Source: an uncultured Candidatus Saccharibacteria bacterium
GTDB lineage: Bacteria > Patescibacteriota > Minisyncoccia > Phycocordibacterales > CAIZLB01
Assembly: GCA_964550955.1 (NCBI GenBank)
Contig: CAZKAF010000001.1
Location: 503,931-567,930 of the forward strand
Length of the DNA: 64,000 nt
Reading direction: 5' to 3'
The position numbers and the translations under genes are program-made. Below, in pieces: positions 49,256 to 58,472 of the stretch. The first letter of the stretch is position 1. Every line of letters starts with the position of its first letter. The notes under the pieces are model-generated. The model worked only from the letters and a program-made list of their open reading frames with translations, was not told the origin of the DNA and did not search any database.

Positions 49256-49954
49256 ATGAATCATTCATCGCATAGCTGGGCAGTCACTCCAAAGGAGGCA
49301 ATAGAAATACAAAAGCGGCTTCGCGAGGAGGTGAGGCTCGTTCGCCTGACCAAGCCCGTCGAATACATCGGAGGGGCTGATGTCAGCATGAATTTATTTT
49401 CAAAATTCGGCTTTGCCGGATTCGTGACGCTCTCATTCAAAAGCCTGGCTGTCGTGGATCATGCAGTAGTTAAAGATGACATAAAGTTTCCGTACATTCC
49501 CGGACTGCTTTCGTTCAGGGAAATTCCAATGCTCCTGAAGGCATGGAAACGCCTGAAGACGAAGCCCGACGTCATCATCGTGGACGGCGTCGGCATAGCG
49601 CATCCGCGGAGGCTCGGCATCGCCACGCACCTCGGGCTCATTCTCGGCGTACCGACCATCGGCTGCTCCAAGAATCTTCTCATGGGCACGTACGAAGAAC
49701 CGCGAAACGAGCCCGGATCCTTATCGCGCATCTACGACAAATTTAACAAAGACGAGATCATCGGCGCGGCGCTCCGGACGAAAAGGAACGTGAAGCCGGT
49801 ATTCGTATCCCCCGGACATCTCATCACGCTTGAGGAATCCATAGGCATCGTCAAGAAGTCCGTCATGAAGCACAGGCTGCCCGAGCCGACGCGCCAGGCC
49901 CACGACGCGGTCAACGAATGCAGGGTTGCGGCAAAGGCGGACGGGCAAGTATGA
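49256..49954 (+). CDS. nfi: Endonuclease V
   Basis: GGADVS, YIPGLLSFRE, VDGVGIAHPRRLGIATHLG motifs. Confidence 0.85.
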   Translation: MNHSSHSWAVTPKEAIEIQKRLREEVRLVRLTKPVEYIGGADVSMNLFSKFGFAGFVTLSFKSLAVVDHAVVKDDIKFPYIPGLLSFREIPMLLKAWKRLKTKPDVIIVDGVGIAHPRRLGIATHLGLILGVPTIGCSKNLLMGTYEEPRNEPGSLSRIYDKFNKDEIIGAALRTKRNVKPVFVSPGHLITLEESIGIVKKSVMKHRLPEPTRQAHDAVNECRVAAKADGQV

Positions 49955-49966
49955 TAAAATGACAGC

Positions 49967-50584
49967 ATGAAAAACATATTGAAAATTTTGCTCGCGGCGG
50001 CAGTTCTTCTCGGACTGGCGATACTCGCGTACGAGAGGGCGCAGGCGCCGGATTTGACGACGCCCGCAGACAGCGCGCCGTCATCCTCGATTACCCCGTA
50101 TTTTGACGACAGCATATCATTCGCATACAAGTCCGGACCGGACGGATACACGCTGTCGGTCAAGGGAGACGAGCTTCAGGAATATCAGGAATTCATCAAG
50201 AGCATCGTCCTCATGAATACGAGGGAATATGAAGAGCTGCTCAAAAGCGATTTCCCGAGAAGCGGACCGCCGGCCATCTCCATCACGATTCTGGAAAGCG
50301 GAGCGGAAACCTCTCCCCGCGCCTGGGTGCAGGGCAACCCATTCTGGTCGCTGTTAGGAACCAGAGGATCTGAAATGACCGAGATTACCGTCGACGGAAT
50401 CCGCGCAGTTCAATATCAGGCGGACGGCCTCTACCCTTCCGACATGATTGCCGTCATACATGAAGGGAGAGCATACCTCATGTCAGGCTCATACAATGAC
50501 CCTTCGGATGCCATGCGAGACGACTTCAATTCGCTCGTGGATTCCGTCAGGTTCGCGGGCGCCGAAACAGGATCCGACGAATAG
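49967..50584 (+). CDS. Hypothetical secreted protein
   Basis: Signal peptide MKNILKILLAAAVLLGLAILA. No family. Confidence 0.45.
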   Translation: MKNILKILLAAAVLLGLAILAYERAQAPDLTTPADSAPSSSITPYFDDSISFAYKSGPDGYTLSVKGDELQEYQEFIKSIVLMNTREYEELLKSDFPRSGPPAISITILESGAETSPRAWVQGNPFWSLLGTRGSEMTEITVDGIRAVQYQADGLYPSDMIAVIHEGRAYLMSGSYNDPSDAMRDDFNSLVDSVRFAGAETGSDE

Positions 50585-50656
50585 CCGGCAACAGGGCAAA
50601 TTGCGCCCCGAACGGCTCGCTTGACATACTCTCACTAACAACCTAAATTTTAAGAA

Positions 50657-51037
50657 ATGAAAAAACGACCAATACTCATCTCGCTGCTTTGCATCGTCAT
50701 CAGCCTCGGCACATTCGGAATCCTCTACGGGCTCATGTCCGGAACATTCCCGTCTACGAACGGAGAGACCATTCCTGAATGGTTTATCAAGCTCACGGTC
50801 GTCCTGTCCTTCGTATATCTCCTCTCCATCGGATATCTTTGGAAAATGCAGAAGCGCGGCGTCGAGCTCTACATCTTCACCACGCTCATCGCGGACGTTT
50901 CGGCAGTCAGCGTCGGCTTCGGATCATTGTCCGAATTCATCGTGCCCGTCATATTCATCATAATCATGCTGTCCGAATACAAGAACATGTCGGGGCCGAG
51001 CCTCATTCCCAAGAAAATCGCGGAACGAAAGCTGTAA
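50657..51037 (+). CDS. Hypothetical small membrane protein
   Basis: 3-4 TM helices. No family. Confidence 0.4.
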   Translation: MKKRPILISLLCIVISLGTFGILYGLMSGTFPSTNGETIPEWFIKLTVVLSFVYLLSIGYLWKMQKRGVELYIFTTLIADVSAVSVGFGSLSEFIVPVIFIIIMLSEYKNMSGPSLIPKKIAERKL

Positions 51038-51160
51038 ATGCCATCGCGCGGCCGGACGCTTCGGGCGCCTGATCGGCGAGGCGGGACCTGAAGCCGTTTT
51101 CTTTCAACTGCGCGATTCTTTGTAAAAGAATAATTTTGGGTTAGTATGGCGTACACGCAT

Positions 51161-51249
51161 GGAGGCGTGGATGAGTGGTTTAAATCAACGGTTTACTAAA
51201 CCGTCGTTCCCTAACAGGAACCGTGGGTTCGAATCCCACTGCCTCCGCA
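51161..51249 (+). tRNA. Class II (Ser-type, G73) tRNA with apparent anticodon ACT
   Basis: GGAGGCG...ACGGT-TTACTAA-ACCGT, long variable arm GTTCC-CTAACA-GGAAC, T-arm GTGGGTTCGAATCCCAC, acceptor TGCCTCC, G73, CA. Anticodon reading needs tRNAscan-SE/ARAGORN confirmation. Confidence 0.6.
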
Positions 51250-51301
51250 TTGACAGTACGAACCAGCTTCAGCTGGTAAGTGCTGGTAACTTTCGGATAG
51301 C

Positions 51302-51330
51302 GGGATTGCACCCATCCCACTGCCTCCGCA
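51302..51330 (+). repeat. tRNA-3'-end mimic element (GGGATTGCACCCATCCC + copy of upstream tRNA acceptor 3' strand)
   Basis: 17 nt (ATCCCACTGCCTCCGCA) are identical to the 3' end of the tRNA 55 nt upstream. Confidence 0.6.
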
Positions 51331-51420
51331 GAAAACTTTTTATCGGAGTGACCTGAATACCAATCGATAAAGAGTAACCTGAAAACCTGACGCCGCAATC
51401 GCCCAATGGGAAATACATTA

Positions 51421-51452
51421 AAAAAACCGCCATCACTTTGCAATGATGGCGG
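51421..51452 (-). terminator. Rho-independent terminator for the 51502-52125 gene
   Basis: Minus strand reads CCGCCATCA-loop-TGATGGCGG followed by TTTTTTT. Confidence 0.6.
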
Positions 51453-51501
51453 ATTCTCAAAAGAGGTTTCTAACTTCTGCGTAGCGGCAGCCGACTGTCA
51501 G

Positions 51502-52125
51502 TTACGCGCAGGCATCGAAGACGGCCTTCTCGACCTTCACCCTTTCGGCAAGGCTGCTCAAAGTTTTAAGCTTTTCTTCAGTGCTGGTGTGCCAATATTC
51601 AATCAATGCCCCAATTTCGCTCCACAATTCCTCCCTTAAAGGAGATGCGGCCAATGCATTGATGTTTGAGGGAATAATTTCGATTGGCTGCAGTTCGAAA
51701 AACCTGGTCACCATGCTCCCTGAGTCGCAACACGCAGGATCTTCATTTTTTCTCAAATCAGCACAGACCGTCGCGGTGACCCACTGTTTTTTCCTCGTAA
51801 ATCCCCACAAGGACATGGATACCGTCTGACCAATCTTGAGGTCTTTATACATCTCTGATGTGTCCATGACGAAGATACCGCTAGTCGTGCTGCCGAACCT
51901 TGCCGCTTTAGCCCACTTATCTTTGTCGTCTTCGAGACGTCTGTGATACGGACCATGACTCTTCGACCAGTATGAGGGATATCGTATCCCGCCAATCTTA
52001 TCCAAGGTCATTGAATCAAGAAGAGGGCTGATCATTTCGATACGGTCCCCGATGAGTTTTTTCCATTCTGCTGGCGTGGTCGGCTTGCGAACGCCGAACA
52101 TTTTGACTGTACTTACTGTCTTCAT
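51502..52125 (-). CDS. Hypothetical protein (207 aa) in islet next to the class-II tRNA
   Basis: ATG at 52125, terminator downstream. No recognisable family. Lower-GC context. Confidence 0.5.
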   Translation of the reverse strand: MKTVSTVKMFGVRKPTTPAEWKKLIGDRIEMISPLLDSMTLDKIGGIRYPSYWSKSHGPYHRRLEDDKDKWAKAARFGSTTSGIFVMDTSEMYKDLKIGQTVSMSLWGFTRKKQWVTATVCADLRKNEDPACCDSGSMVTRFFELQPIEIIPSNINALAASPLREELWSEIGALIEYWHTSTEEKLKTLSSLAERVKVEKAVFDACA

Positions 52126-52518
52126 GTGCTTACTCCTGTGTTGTAGGGCGAACCCTGGTTTTGTATGTGCGATTTATTCGAAAGGCGAGCCTCTCGACCT
52201 GAGAATAGTAATATACTGTTTATTGCCCCGTGTCAACAATCATTGTTTGCCCATTTTAACCCCGGCCCGCATACCTCGCCTCGGCTTCCAAAAATCTGCT
52301 AAAATATCTTTTTGAGCTCTCTTATCGGCACCCGCTTGTGCGGACCAATGTTGATGCCGAGAAGGAATGCGCCATCAAGCTTGAAATCCGGAGCTCACGC
52401 GCCCATGAAACGCCCATAATCAGGGGCCGAGGGCAATATAGAAATTCCCTGCATGCATGCTAAAATTATTTGAGCATTATCATTATATTGCGCACACTTA
52501 TCATTCACATCAATCAAC

Positions 52519-52749
52519 ATGATCACGTACATCGGACTCGGACTCATCATAATCGCCTGGGGCATATACGTCCTCGGAATTCATAACGCCCGCCGGCTTT
52601 TCCCGGCCGTTTACGCCTTGGGAGTCTTGCTGCTCGTGGCAGAAGGGCTCCGAATCGGACCGGATGCCGCGACATGGCTCAACCTGATCGTGCTCGTTCT
52701 TGTCATTGCGGCAATTATCAAGTCCAGCTGGAAATCGACGTCAGCTTAA
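52519..52749 (+). CDS. Hypothetical small 2-TM membrane protein
   Basis: 76 aa, hydrophobic. Weak support. Confidence 0.35.
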   Translation: MITYIGLGLIIIAWGIYVLGIHNARRLFPAVYALGVLLLVAEGLRIGPDAATWLNLIVLVLVIAAIIKSSWKSTSA

Positions 52750-52770
52750 CCAATTAACCGAACAAAACTC

Positions 52771-53358
52771 ATGGCTCCGAAACCTTTCATCACGGAGGCG
52801 ACCTCCGTAACGGACGAGCTCCTCAACGTCATCGCTCATTTGCCCACGGCAAGCCTCTCCGTCACGGTCGAAAATGGCTTCTTCAGGAAATTGACTGACG
52901 CTCACTTCATGCGCATCGCCGTGTCGTTGGCGAGGAAGGGCTACGACGAAGGCGGCTGCCCCATCGGAGGCGTCATCATAGATAATGAGACTCGTCAGAT
53001 TGTCGGCAAAGGCCACAACACGCTCGTGCAGGAAAGCCATCCGTACAATCACGGGGAGACGTCGGCCATCCGCGATGCCGGTCGCAAGGATTTCAGCAGG
53101 ATGACCATCTTCACCACGCTCAGCCCGTGCGATGTCTGCGCGGCACTGATATACATGCGTCAATTCAGCAGAGTAGTGGTCGGAGACGTTACCAATGCTT
53201 CGGGAAATGAAAGCATGCTCAGGGACAAAGGCGTGCGAGTCGATGTCCTGGAAGATGCCGCGGGCGCAGAGCTGTACGCCAGATACCGCAAAGAAAAGCC
53301 GGAGCTCGACCTTGAAGACTGGAAAGGCCTGGCCGCGGTCAAGCAGCAAAATCCATGA
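52771..53358 (+). CDS. CDA-fold cytosine/guanine deaminase (yeast Fcy1-like)
   Basis: GGCPIGGVII, HGETSAI (HxE zinc motif), SPCDVC (PCxxC). Alignable with yeast cytosine deaminase. Start uncertain: ATG at 52771 or 52909. Confidence 0.7.
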   Translation: MAPKPFITEATSVTDELLNVIAHLPTASLSVTVENGFFRKLTDAHFMRIAVSLARKGYDEGGCPIGGVIIDNETRQIVGKGHNTLVQESHPYNHGETSAIRDAGRKDFSRMTIFTTLSPCDVCAALIYMRQFSRVVVGDVTNASGNESMLRDKGVRVDVLEDAAGAELYARYRKEKPELDLEDWKGLAAVKQQNP

Positions 53359-53867
53359 GATATCTCGCGCACGTGGAAGAAGGACAAGGAATCAAGTGGA
53401 TGCAAGAGGCCGCTCAAGTCGCCGGCGAAGCCCTCTGCCTTAAGGCAAAATGCGGAACCGTCATCGTCAAGGACGGCGAGATAATCGGCCGCGGATACAA
53501 TGCTCCCCCGCTCGACAACATCGAAGGCCGAAGATGCCTCGACGCGTATGATTTCTCCGGAAAGCCGAGGTACGACCATACCTGCTGCATGCATGCGGAA
53601 TGGAGGGCCATCATGGACGCGCTGAGAAATAATTCAGAAAAGATACAAGGCTCTCAGCTTTATTTCACCAGGGTCGATGATGAAGGAAACATCAAGAAGT
53701 CCGGCGACCCGTTCTGCACCGTATGCAGCAGATTCGCATTGGATGCGGGCATCGCGGAATTCATGCTTTGGAATGACACGGGAATCTGTTCCTACCCTAC
53801 TGACGAATACAACAAGCTGTCTTACGCGTACAGGCATCCAAAGGAGGAGGAGGCGAAGCGGATTTAG
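53355..53867 (+). CDS. CDA-fold dCMP-deaminase-like (ComEB/dCD family) zinc deaminase
   Basis: CCMHAEWRAIMDA (C/HAE zinc motif) and PFCTVCSRFA (PCxxC). Start ATG overlaps the upstream stop (ATGA). Confidence 0.7.
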   Translation: MRYLAHVEEGQGIKWMQEAAQVAGEALCLKAKCGTVIVKDGEIIGRGYNAPPLDNIEGRRCLDAYDFSGKPRYDHTCCMHAEWRAIMDALRNNSEKIQGSQLYFTRVDDEGNIKKSGDPFCTVCSRFALDAGIAEFMLWNDTGICSYPTDEYNKLSYAYRHPKEEEAKRI

Positions 53868-54002
53868 TTGGGAACCTAAGGAGGAGCCCGGAGCTTGAAA
53901 GCAACGAGGGCTTATGGCTTAAGATTAAGCCCCTTTCGGGGGGATGTTTGATGGCACCCGCTTGCGTCCTGAGACGCGCCCGGCCTTTTAGATTTATTCG
54001 AG

Positions 54003-54028
54003 AGTGATATAGCATTTTTGCGATATCA
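54003..54028. repeat. Palindrome GTGATATAGCATTTTTGCGATATCAC (copy C)
   Basis: One mismatch in the arms. In the convergent intergenic region. Confidence 0.55.
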
Positions 54029-54097
54029 CCACCATATCACTCAAGGAAAGTTTTAGATTTAGAGCTTGCTTGAGCTCGCTTGATTCCAAGCGGATTT

Positions 54098-54460
54098 TTA
54101 TCCAGACACGTTTTCATGCTGGTCGGGCGTCCAGGGCGGAGTGCTGATTACGTAAAGCTTCACGTAATCCTGCGGAATCCAGCAATATGGCCTGTCTGTC
54201 TGCACGAGAACGGTCGAGCCCTCAGGCAACCGAACCTCTTCCCCTTCGCATTGAAATGTCGCGGAACCCTCAAGAATCCTGACGATCATTTCGGACTTTT
54301 TGTTGAGCGCGAATCCGCTTTCAGGATATCTGCCCGTCAGGCTGATTTCAGCCGCGTTCGCCGCCTCAGTAGGCAGCTCGATATCGACAGCCGAAAACCC
54401 CTCTTTCGCTCGATCAGCTTGGGCGTCCGGCGATATATTTGGCAATGAATAATGAATCAT
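54098..54460 (-). CDS. Cupin-domain protein
   Basis: Two-motif cupin signature (G...Y...E...G, then P.G..H). 120 aa. Confidence 0.55.
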   Translation of the reverse strand: MIHYSLPNISPDAQADRAKEGFSAVDIELPTEAANAAEISLTGRYPESGFALNKKSEMIVRILEGSATFQCEGEEVRLPEGSTVLVQTDRPYCWIPQDYVKLYVISTPPWTPDQHENVSG

Positions 54461-54537
54461 GGTTTTATTTTCACCCTATCGGCGCATTAAAGCAAGCGAA
54501 GGAATCGGCACCGCCGCCCCGTCTGCGAAGCTCGCAA

Positions 54538-55284
54538 TCACGCGCATTCATGTGATGCATTTTTAAAGCGCTCATCCAATACTTCAAAATCATCCCTGAG
54601 CCTGAAGAGCAGGCCATCGGTCTTGTCTATAATTTCCTTTACGGTGTTCATGATTTTAACCATGTCCTTTTCATTCCTTTTGCTTTGAATGTCCTTGTCC
54701 ACATATACATAAAACCTGTTGCCGCCGAATTCGATTGAAAAATTAGTGGATATTTCCTGTATGGAAGCAAGCAAAGGCTCGGTAAATATCTGCAAAGCCT
54801 CTATTTCGTAATCCTCAGGACAATACAAATCAAAATCTTTCAGATATCCTTCCTCTATGGAAATTTTCCTGTCGTTCTTCTCCGCTTTTTGATACAGGAA
54901 CATTTTTTTGCTTTTGAGCAGAATATGCGGGAATTCAGTTTTACCAAACTCAGAGCTACCGACGGTGAAGTTTCTTATCGAGTAGCGCGCATAAAAGCTC
55001 TTCGTGAAAATGACAAAGTCATGATCATTGTGACTGCCATTAAAGACGCCGGAGGTCTTGACCGTTTTCTCATATTTAAACAGCCGGGACCTGAAGCTTC
55101 TCATCAAATCGATCTGCTGATTCTTGGAATAGACAAGGTTGTATTTCTTGGCCAAATTATCATAAAACTCATTCTTTCTTTTTTGAATGACTCCCACGAG
55201 AATGCTCACAAGCATTGCGATAAGCAGAGCGGGAACGAATGGCAGAAAAGGTTCTATTGCGAACTCGAATAGTTTGTTTTTCAT
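54538..55284 (-). CDS. Hypothetical membrane-anchored protein (AT-rich gene)
   Basis: N-terminal TM, Lys/Asn-rich, low GC. No family. Confidence 0.45.
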   Translation of the reverse strand: MKNKLFEFAIEPFLPFVPALLIAMLVSILVGVIQKRKNEFYDNLAKKYNLVYSKNQQIDLMRSFRSRLFKYEKTVKTSGVFNGSHNDHDFVIFTKSFYARYSIRNFTVGSSEFGKTEFPHILLKSKKMFLYQKAEKNDRKISIEEGYLKDFDLYCPEDYEIEALQIFTEPLLASIQEISTNFSIEFGGNRFYVYVDKDIQSKRNEKDMVKIMNTVKEIIDKTDGLLFRLRDDFEVLDERFKNASHECA

Positions 55285-55311
55285 TTGTTGAAATTATACC
55301 ATCGCCGACTA

Positions 55312-57264
55312 CTACCAGCTCCCTCCCCCTCCTCCACCGCCGCCGCCTCCGGAAGATCCGCCCCCACCGCTGCCGCTGCTTGGCATGGCAGTCATGGAAG
55401 AACTTGCATGCGAGCTGAAATCGGACAAGGCGCTGCTCAAGACCGCGGCATTGAACGCGCTGCCCGAAGGACCCGAGTACCAGGACGGCTGGACGAGATA
55501 CATGTCCTCAAACTCCTTTGCCCAGATAGCCGATACGCCAAGCACCATGGCGTAAGGCAAGAGCCTTTCGAAGACTTCCGGCCTCTTCTCCGGCGCATTG
55601 TGGAACTCAAGCCGGTCTTTTTCGGCAATCTGCAGATATTCCTTGAGGCCGAGCAGGTGCTCCTTCGCGGCCACGCCTTTTTCAGTTTTTGAAGGATTGA
55701 ATTTCGAGATGATTCCGTAGATGACGACGGACAGGAAGATGCCTCCGATAAGCGGAAAGGGATTGACTCTCAGCACGAAAATGCTTATCAGCGTTCCGAA
55801 CACGCCGGCCAGCCACAAGCCGACAAGGGCAATGAGCAAGGTCCTGAAAGAGCCGTCGCCCGCCTCTTTCATTCTCCCGAGATTTCTGTAATAGCCCTTG
55901 CTGACCAAGGCGTCCAGCACCGAAGACTTTATCAGGGCAACGTCGGAATAAAACGCATACTTCAGGTCAGAGAGCTTGACCGAAGCGCCGCCGGATTTGA
56001 AAATGGCGGACAAGAGCTTGCGGTCAAATTCATTTGGAAGGTCCGAGAAATCCCCGAGCTTCACGATTTCATAATCGACGAACGGATTGCCGGCCTTGCT
56101 CGCCCGGGTCAGGATCTTTTGCACCTCGAACTGGGACTTCTTGATTGCCGCCGAAACATCCGCGAGTATCTCCTGATGCGCCTCAATCTGATTGATTCTT
56201 ATGTATCCGCGAACGGCCAAATATATGAGCTCGGCGGAAATATTGTTCTCGCCCACTTTCTCATGAGCGATGCCGTCCGCCTCCATGGGAGTCAGCCCGT
56301 CGATGACATCATATTGCGGGACAATGACGCCCGTGCCCTTGGGATCCCTCCCGTGCCTCCGCCAATGCCGAAAGCTCAGCGCGAACGTGGCAATCGGCAA
56401 AAGCATGGCCAGAATCCAGGACAGATACATGCCGAGAAATTGCCATGCATTCTCAGCGGCCGTATACGGAATGACAGCCCCTTTTTGAAATCCGAGCGCC
56501 ACGGTAAGTCCTTCCCCCGCGTCGAGAGAGGCCGGAGTCCTGAACAGATAGACCGCCTTGGACATGCCGACGCCCTCTCCAGCATTCTCGACCGACAGCT
56601 GGCATCTTTCCCTGCTCTTTGCCGGGCCGAAATAGCAGGCATTCTGAACGACCTCCGCGCCCGCGGGCAGCGTGACATATGCTTCCGCGTGCAGAATTGG
56701 CATGGACCATTCGTTCCCCGTAACATTCCAGTATATTTCGTCGATTTCCTGGAGCTGAGCCACGGCATTTGTCGCCTTGTAGCTGATTACATATGTCTTC
56801 TGACCGCTGAACGTAGTTTCCGGATCCCCGATCTTAAGCCGGAACTCTCTGCCGACACGGGATGTCGTGTATTGATATTCATTTCCCGATTCGTCCGTAA
56901 CCAAAACATTCTCTATGGACATCCTCCTTCCTTCTGAAGAATACGGATTGATGTCCCTGTATATGCCGTGCCGAGAAATCGGACCAGTCGAATATTGAAT
57001 GATTTCAGTAACATCTACCGAATTGTCCGCGTTCACGCTTATGAACGCGGAATAGCTTGCGATGGATTCGGCAGCTGATCCTGGAGCGGGCTCCCGTGCA
57101 GCCGCGAGATCCGAATCAGAACCAGGACCGGAATCCGGCCCGGGAACCTGTACTTGTTCCTGCCCTGGCCCCTGCGCCGCCGCGGCATTGAAAATCCCAA
57201 AAACCGAAAACAGAATTCCGAGAGAGACCACGACCGAAATCAGGCTGAAAGCGGCTTTTTTCAT
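55312..57264 (-). CDS. DUF2207-family membrane protein with Gly-rich C-terminal tail
   Basis: Signal/TM, large extracytoplasmic domain, three TM helices, cytoplasmic domain, and a terminal GGGGSSGGGGGGGGGGSW. ATG at 57264 (MKKAAFSLISVV). ORF-track start at 57426 would overlap tRNA-Ser. Confidence 0.65.
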   Translation of the reverse strand: MKKAAFSLISVVVSLGILFSVFGIFNAAAAQGPGQEQVQVPGPDSGPGSDSDLAAAREPAPGSAAESIASYSAFISVNADNSVDVTEIIQYSTGPISRHGIYRDINPYSSEGRRMSIENVLVTDESGNEYQYTTSRVGREFRLKIGDPETTFSGQKTYVISYKATNAVAQLQEIDEIYWNVTGNEWSMPILHAEAYVTLPAGAEVVQNACYFGPAKSRERCQLSVENAGEGVGMSKAVYLFRTPASLDAGEGLTVALGFQKGAVIPYTAAENAWQFLGMYLSWILAMLLPIATFALSFRHWRRHGRDPKGTGVIVPQYDVIDGLTPMEADGIAHEKVGENNISAELIYLAVRGYIRINQIEAHQEILADVSAAIKKSQFEVQKILTRASKAGNPFVDYEIVKLGDFSDLPNEFDRKLLSAIFKSGGASVKLSDLKYAFYSDVALIKSSVLDALVSKGYYRNLGRMKEAGDGSFRTLLIALVGLWLAGVFGTLISIFVLRVNPFPLIGGIFLSVVIYGIISKFNPSKTEKGVAAKEHLLGLKEYLQIAEKDRLEFHNAPEKRPEVFERLLPYAMVLGVSAIWAKEFEDMYLVQPSWYSGPSGSAFNAAVLSSALSDFSSHASSSMTAMPSSGSGGGGSSGGGGGGGGGGSW

Positions 57265-57378
57265 ATGAGTATTCGTTATAGGGCTCAATCTGAAACAATA
57301 TGCCCAAATCATGCCCGGATATTGCTTATGGACATGATAGCACATAAGAAAACGCCGATGTGATATACTGCAAAACCA

Positions 57379-57467
57379 TGGAGAGATGGCAGAGCGGTCG
57401 AATGTACCACCTTGGAAAGGTGGCATGGGAGCAATCCCATCGGGGGTTCGAATCCCCCTCTCTCCGC
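57379..57467 (+). tRNA. tRNA-Ser (anticodon GGA), class II
   Basis: GGAGAGA...CCACC-TTGGAAA-GGTGG, variable arm ATGGGAGCAATCCCAT, T-arm GGGGGTTCGAATCCCCC, acceptor TCTCTCC, G73, CA. Confidence 0.8.
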
Positions 57468-57521
57468 ATGACCTGTCCGAATTCTGTCGAAGACAGAATA
57501 AGGCAGGGCAATTGCGATGGC

Positions 57522-57550
57522 GGGATCGTACCCATCCCCCTCTCTCCGCC
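57522..57550 (+). repeat. tRNA-3'-end mimic element (GGGATCGTACCCATCCC + copy of tRNA-Ser(GGA) acceptor 3' strand)
   Basis: 16 nt (ATCCCCCTCTCTCCGC) are identical to the 3' end of the tRNA 57 nt upstream. A third degenerate copy lies at 57610-57638 (gggattgcaagcatctccatctctctgcc). Confidence 0.6.
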
Positions 57551-57782
57551 CATAAAAGAAAAACCGCCCTTCCGGACGGCCTTCCTTTTATGCGGTCGGA
57601 AAAATGTGCGGGATTGCAAGCATCTCCATCTCTCTGCCCCCCCCATGGTAAGGGCTTAAGTAAGTCCGGAAAAAATCTGCCTCCTCTTCACCGCATCTTC
57701 ATGCCTCCTCTTTTAAAATGAAAGTGCTACAATTAGCCTGATTCGGTCATGATTATCAGCCCATAGCCAAAAACGTAATTTT

Positions 57783-58415
57783 ATGAAATTCAAAAAAATC
57801 CTCATAGCCATTATCGTCGTATTTCTCATACTCATCGCGGTATATGCGACGCGCGTTCAAAACCCTCAAGTGACTCCCCCGGTACAGCAAGTCGCATGTA
57901 CCATGGAAGCGCGACTCTGCCCTGACGGATCCTATGTCGGCAGGTCGGGACCTCTCTGCGAATTCGCCGAATGCCCTGACGCGAACGCAGGCCCTCTCGA
58001 ATCGTTCAATGACGAAGCGAGAGGAATCTCCTTCAATTATCAGAAGACCCTGTCGACGACATACATAACAGCCGTCGACTGGCCGCCAATGCTGCAAATC
58101 GTCAAAGGCCCGTTCTCATGCCTTGAAGCCGGCGATGTCAGCGCGCGGGCTGGCAAGACGGAGAAGCGCTCGATCAACGGACGAGAATATTGCGTCACGG
58201 TTCAGGGCGAAGGCGCAGCGGGCAGCACGTATCTGCAATATGCATACGCATTTCCAGTCGACGATCAGGTCGGAATCCTGACCTTCAGCACCAGGGAAAC
58301 GCAATGCGCCAACTACGACGAGCCCAAGCAGGCAGAGTGCCAGACTGAGCGAGCGACGTTCAATGTCGACAGCGTCGTAGACCGAATTGTCCGAACCCTG
58401 GTAATCGCCAGCTAG
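57783..58415 (+). CDS. Hypothetical secreted Cys-rich protein
   Basis: Signal/TM MKFKKILIAIIVVFLILIAV and 8 Cys residues. Confidence 0.5.
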   Translation: MKFKKILIAIIVVFLILIAVYATRVQNPQVTPPVQQVACTMEARLCPDGSYVGRSGPLCEFAECPDANAGPLESFNDEARGISFNYQKTLSTTYITAVDWPPMLQIVKGPFSCLEAGDVSARAGKTEKRSINGREYCVTVQGEGAAGSTYLQYAYAFPVDDQVGILTFSTRETQCANYDEPKQAECQTERATFNVDSVVDRIVRTLVIAS

Positions 58416-58472
58416 CGCTCGCGCCTAATATTCCCGTCTAAATATCTCCGCATGACCTCAGGACATGAACGC

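Noticed and set aside
56119-56937. 272-aa + ORF
   Set aside because: Antisense to the DUF2207 membrane protein.
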